Shown: positions 61,390-64,000 of the stretch, piece after piece
How positions within the stretch are numbered: position 1 is the stretch's first letter
Layout: every line of letters begins with the position of its first letter
NCBI RefSeq assembly: GCF_006345805.1
Contig: NC_043001.1
Span: 121,210,001 to 121,274,000, forward strand
Length of the DNA: 64,000 nt
From: Octopus sinensis
Lineage: Eukaryota
Direction of reading: 5' to 3'
Notes under the pieces: model-generated
Told to the model about the DNA's origin: nothing
Database searches by the model: none
What the model saw: only the letters and a program-made list of their open reading frames with translations
Translations under genes and position numbers: made by a program

Positions 61390-63053
61390 GCAGGTTTCAC
61401 AGACACTTAGGCCTTGGGTTCCAGTTCTTCTAAGAACTAACTTCGGCCCCTGCTGCTCAACTTAGAGATATGCGATTGTCTCTGCTACTGCCTGTTGCTA
61501 CGCTAATCTATACAACCATTGAAAGCCTCTCGAGTAGATTCCAGCATCTTGCCCTATGAACAGTAAACTAAATGCCATTCTTAATTCTATGTTCAGTACC
61601 TTTGGGTATGCTTCACGCCACCCGAACACACAGACACAAAACATGCTAATGCTTACGAACTCTTAGAATCCACATGATTGTAAAATATGTAAAATAAATA
61701 ATATTTATCTACCAACAGAAGACTTGTGTCAATTCACTTATATCCTATTATCGTTTGTATGTATTTTATGGCTTTGAATAATTCGTTAAGAGTAGGATTG
61801 CGTGCAATCGTAATTCCTACACGATACGACCAAGCGTGATCCTATTTCTTACAGTAGTGAAGATCGTTGCCAGTGTTGTTGTTTCTATTATTGTTCTTGT
61901 TGCGGGCGTTGTTACTAATCTATTATTTTCTTTGTTTGGAGGAGAAAGTACTAAAATACTTTATGCAATAATGACGTCGCCCTAAAATGAGGAAAACAGA
62001 CATCTTCCCTAATGAAACTAATTAACACAAGCCAACATGAGAAACAAACCAGTCGCTCGAACTGCCAGAAAGAGCAGTCAAATTTTCCCCAATTCATACC
62101 TTAAGCTTAAGACAAAGAATATATTGAATAATTATTGGATAATAATAATTTAGAGTTACATTAGAATTGTGTCAAAGACCAGGTTGCAGCGGTGCGACGA
62201 AAAATTTGATTCTTCAAAGTAATAAATAAAAAGGGAATTTAAAATGTTTTGGGAAGGGGATGAGGAAGTACTTAAAATGGCTATTCAATTGCTTTGATTG
62301 CAAATCACTGCCTCAAATCATGCTTCTTGTTATATGTCTGTTCAATGAAGCCTGACCATGAAATGGACGCCAGCAGCGGCTAACTAGAAGTCCCTACTCA
62401 GAATCTCTATCTGCTAAAAATAGCAACGAAATATCCTCAAATGAAGGTTTAATTTCTTAAAACTAGAAGAGAAGTAATTGTAAATATCCCTAAACAAAAC
62501 AGGATAGTGACGGTTGGAATGTATATGTTGATAAGGCTGCTACCGGATCAAAGCTGACCTGGGGTTGAACAACAATAACAACAGACCTCCACCAAACCAA
62601 CAACAACAGCACCATCACCACTCTACAACCACCGCTACGTCACAAGACCACTGGCGCCACCCATACACCACCACATCATTACTACCCATAAGCATGATCA
62701 TTGCTGCAATGTCTGATGCAAGTTCCACTTTATTGAGGCCTAAAGTTATACAAAAACAATAAATAATGTCATGACGTCAATGTTCTGTCACGATTTTCAA
62801 AGAATGAAAATATCATTATAGAGTTATTATGATGCCGAAGTCAAGTAGCGTGTTGGTGTGTATGTATATATCTCTCTCATCTAGCTCGTCCCCATAGGAC
62901 GCCCCAGTTTGCTCTAATGCATGTGCGTATTTGCGCATCTGTGTATGATTTTTGTATGCGTGTGTATTTTGTGTCTACGTGTATGTCTGTGGATGTAAAT
63001 ATATGTGCTTATATATGCTTGTATGTATTGTCTAAGTATTTGTGTGTATATGT

Positions 63054-63126
<73 letters not shown>

Positions 63127-63914
63127 TGTGTGTTTGTACCTGTGTAAAGGCTTCTTTGTGTATGTATATATTTGGAATTTACAATACAAATAGTTATTTT
63201 GGTATTTATATCAATGATTCAACTTTCTGGAAAGGGAAGGATGTATAGGAGGATGCAGTCAATTGTTTAAACTTCATTACGTGACTATTTATTAGATTCG
63301 TCCAAGAAAGATAAAAGCCAAACTGAACAGTGGCCCAGGACAAGAAGCATCATAAATGAAGAGCTCAACATATTTTGTCCGCTACTTTCACCACAATATT
63401 TTGTAAATGTAATTATGTTTGTGTGGTTAAGAATTTCTTTCCATAACTATGTGGTTTCAGGTTCAATCCAACTGCACTGAATTTTGTGCAAGTCCTTCTA
63501 CTATAACCTTGGGTCGACTAATAGCTTTTCAGAAAACTCTGGTGGACGGAATCTCCTTGAAAAGTCGTCAGGATGTTTGATTTAGTCTATTAATCGGTTG
63601 ATCTCCACCACCAGATCTTATGATGCTTTTGTATCGATAACTTTGCTGAAAACATTCTTTGGGGCGAGGACAATCTCCTCCATTCCTATACAGATGATTT
63701 GAAAAGGACCTAGGGCGCTGCACTTCATCCTCTTGTTAAGCATTTAAAACTTATTAAAAAATTCTGAAATGTGAAATGTACTATTATAGTATCAGAAAAT
63801 GATGCATCTAATCAATTTTACCAGTAAACCGCCATATTATTAACAATAATGATAAATCTCGCTTCTCTTCCCCATCTGAGATTGGTGCACATACTGTTTA
63901 ATATTCTTTTATCG

Positions 63915-64000
63915 ATCCCAGAAAGCATCTCATACTTATTTCATCAACCCCAAAAGTTTGAAAGGCAAAGTTGACCTCGGTGACATTCGTACTCAGGACA
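63915..64000 (-). mobile_element. SINE family B, partial at the window edge
   Basis: tacttatttcatcaaccccaaaagtttgaaaggcaaagttgacctcggtg matches the body of the 59.2-59.9 kb copies. Confidence 0.7.

Larger units (their letters stand above)
60903..61853 (+). mobile_element. Solo LTR (951 bp), probably Ty3/gypsy type
   Basis: Begins TGTAG and ends CTTACA, with a 4-bp TSD GTAG at 60899-60902 and 61854-61857. Inside are tandem repeats, CCAAT 61323-61327, TATATAAA 61382-61389 and AATAAA 61693-61698, in U3-R-U5 order. Confidence 0.75.

Overview
This is an AT-rich eukaryotic genomic window with no prokaryotic features. Its repeat families, microsatellite load and gene structure resemble an octopus/coleoid cephalopod genome, but the species is inferred, not proven. 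Positions 637-29989 hold the last nine coding exons of a USP22-type (nonstop/Ubp8, SAGA deubiquitinase) gene on the + strand. All introns are GT-AG, splice phases chain correctly, and the C-terminus is YLLFYHKQILEYE*. The introns are full of RTE-clade LINE pieces and tRNA-derived SINEs. The last intron carries a Helitron fossil and a hAT/Charlie-type MITE with an RTE nested inside it. Beyond about 33 kb there is no host gene. That region is a retroelement cluster built on (AAT/AGT)n and (CA/GT)n low-complexity tracts. It contains a second near-intact RTE with a greatly expanded 3' UTR and a GC-rich Penelope-like element (RT plus GIY-YIG) with a hammerhead-like motif about 3 kb downstream. It also has a CR1 fragment, a near full-length R4/Dong-type RLE LINE in (TAA)n, a head-to-tail SINE trimer and a 951-bp solo LTR with three 87-bp E2F-site repeats. 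Best leads are the PHD-type zinc finger embedded in the RTE reverse transcriptase, the Penelope element and its candidate ribozyme, the Dong-like element, the solo-LTR promoter and the modular hairpin-repeat RTE 3' UTR. No databases or folding programs were run.
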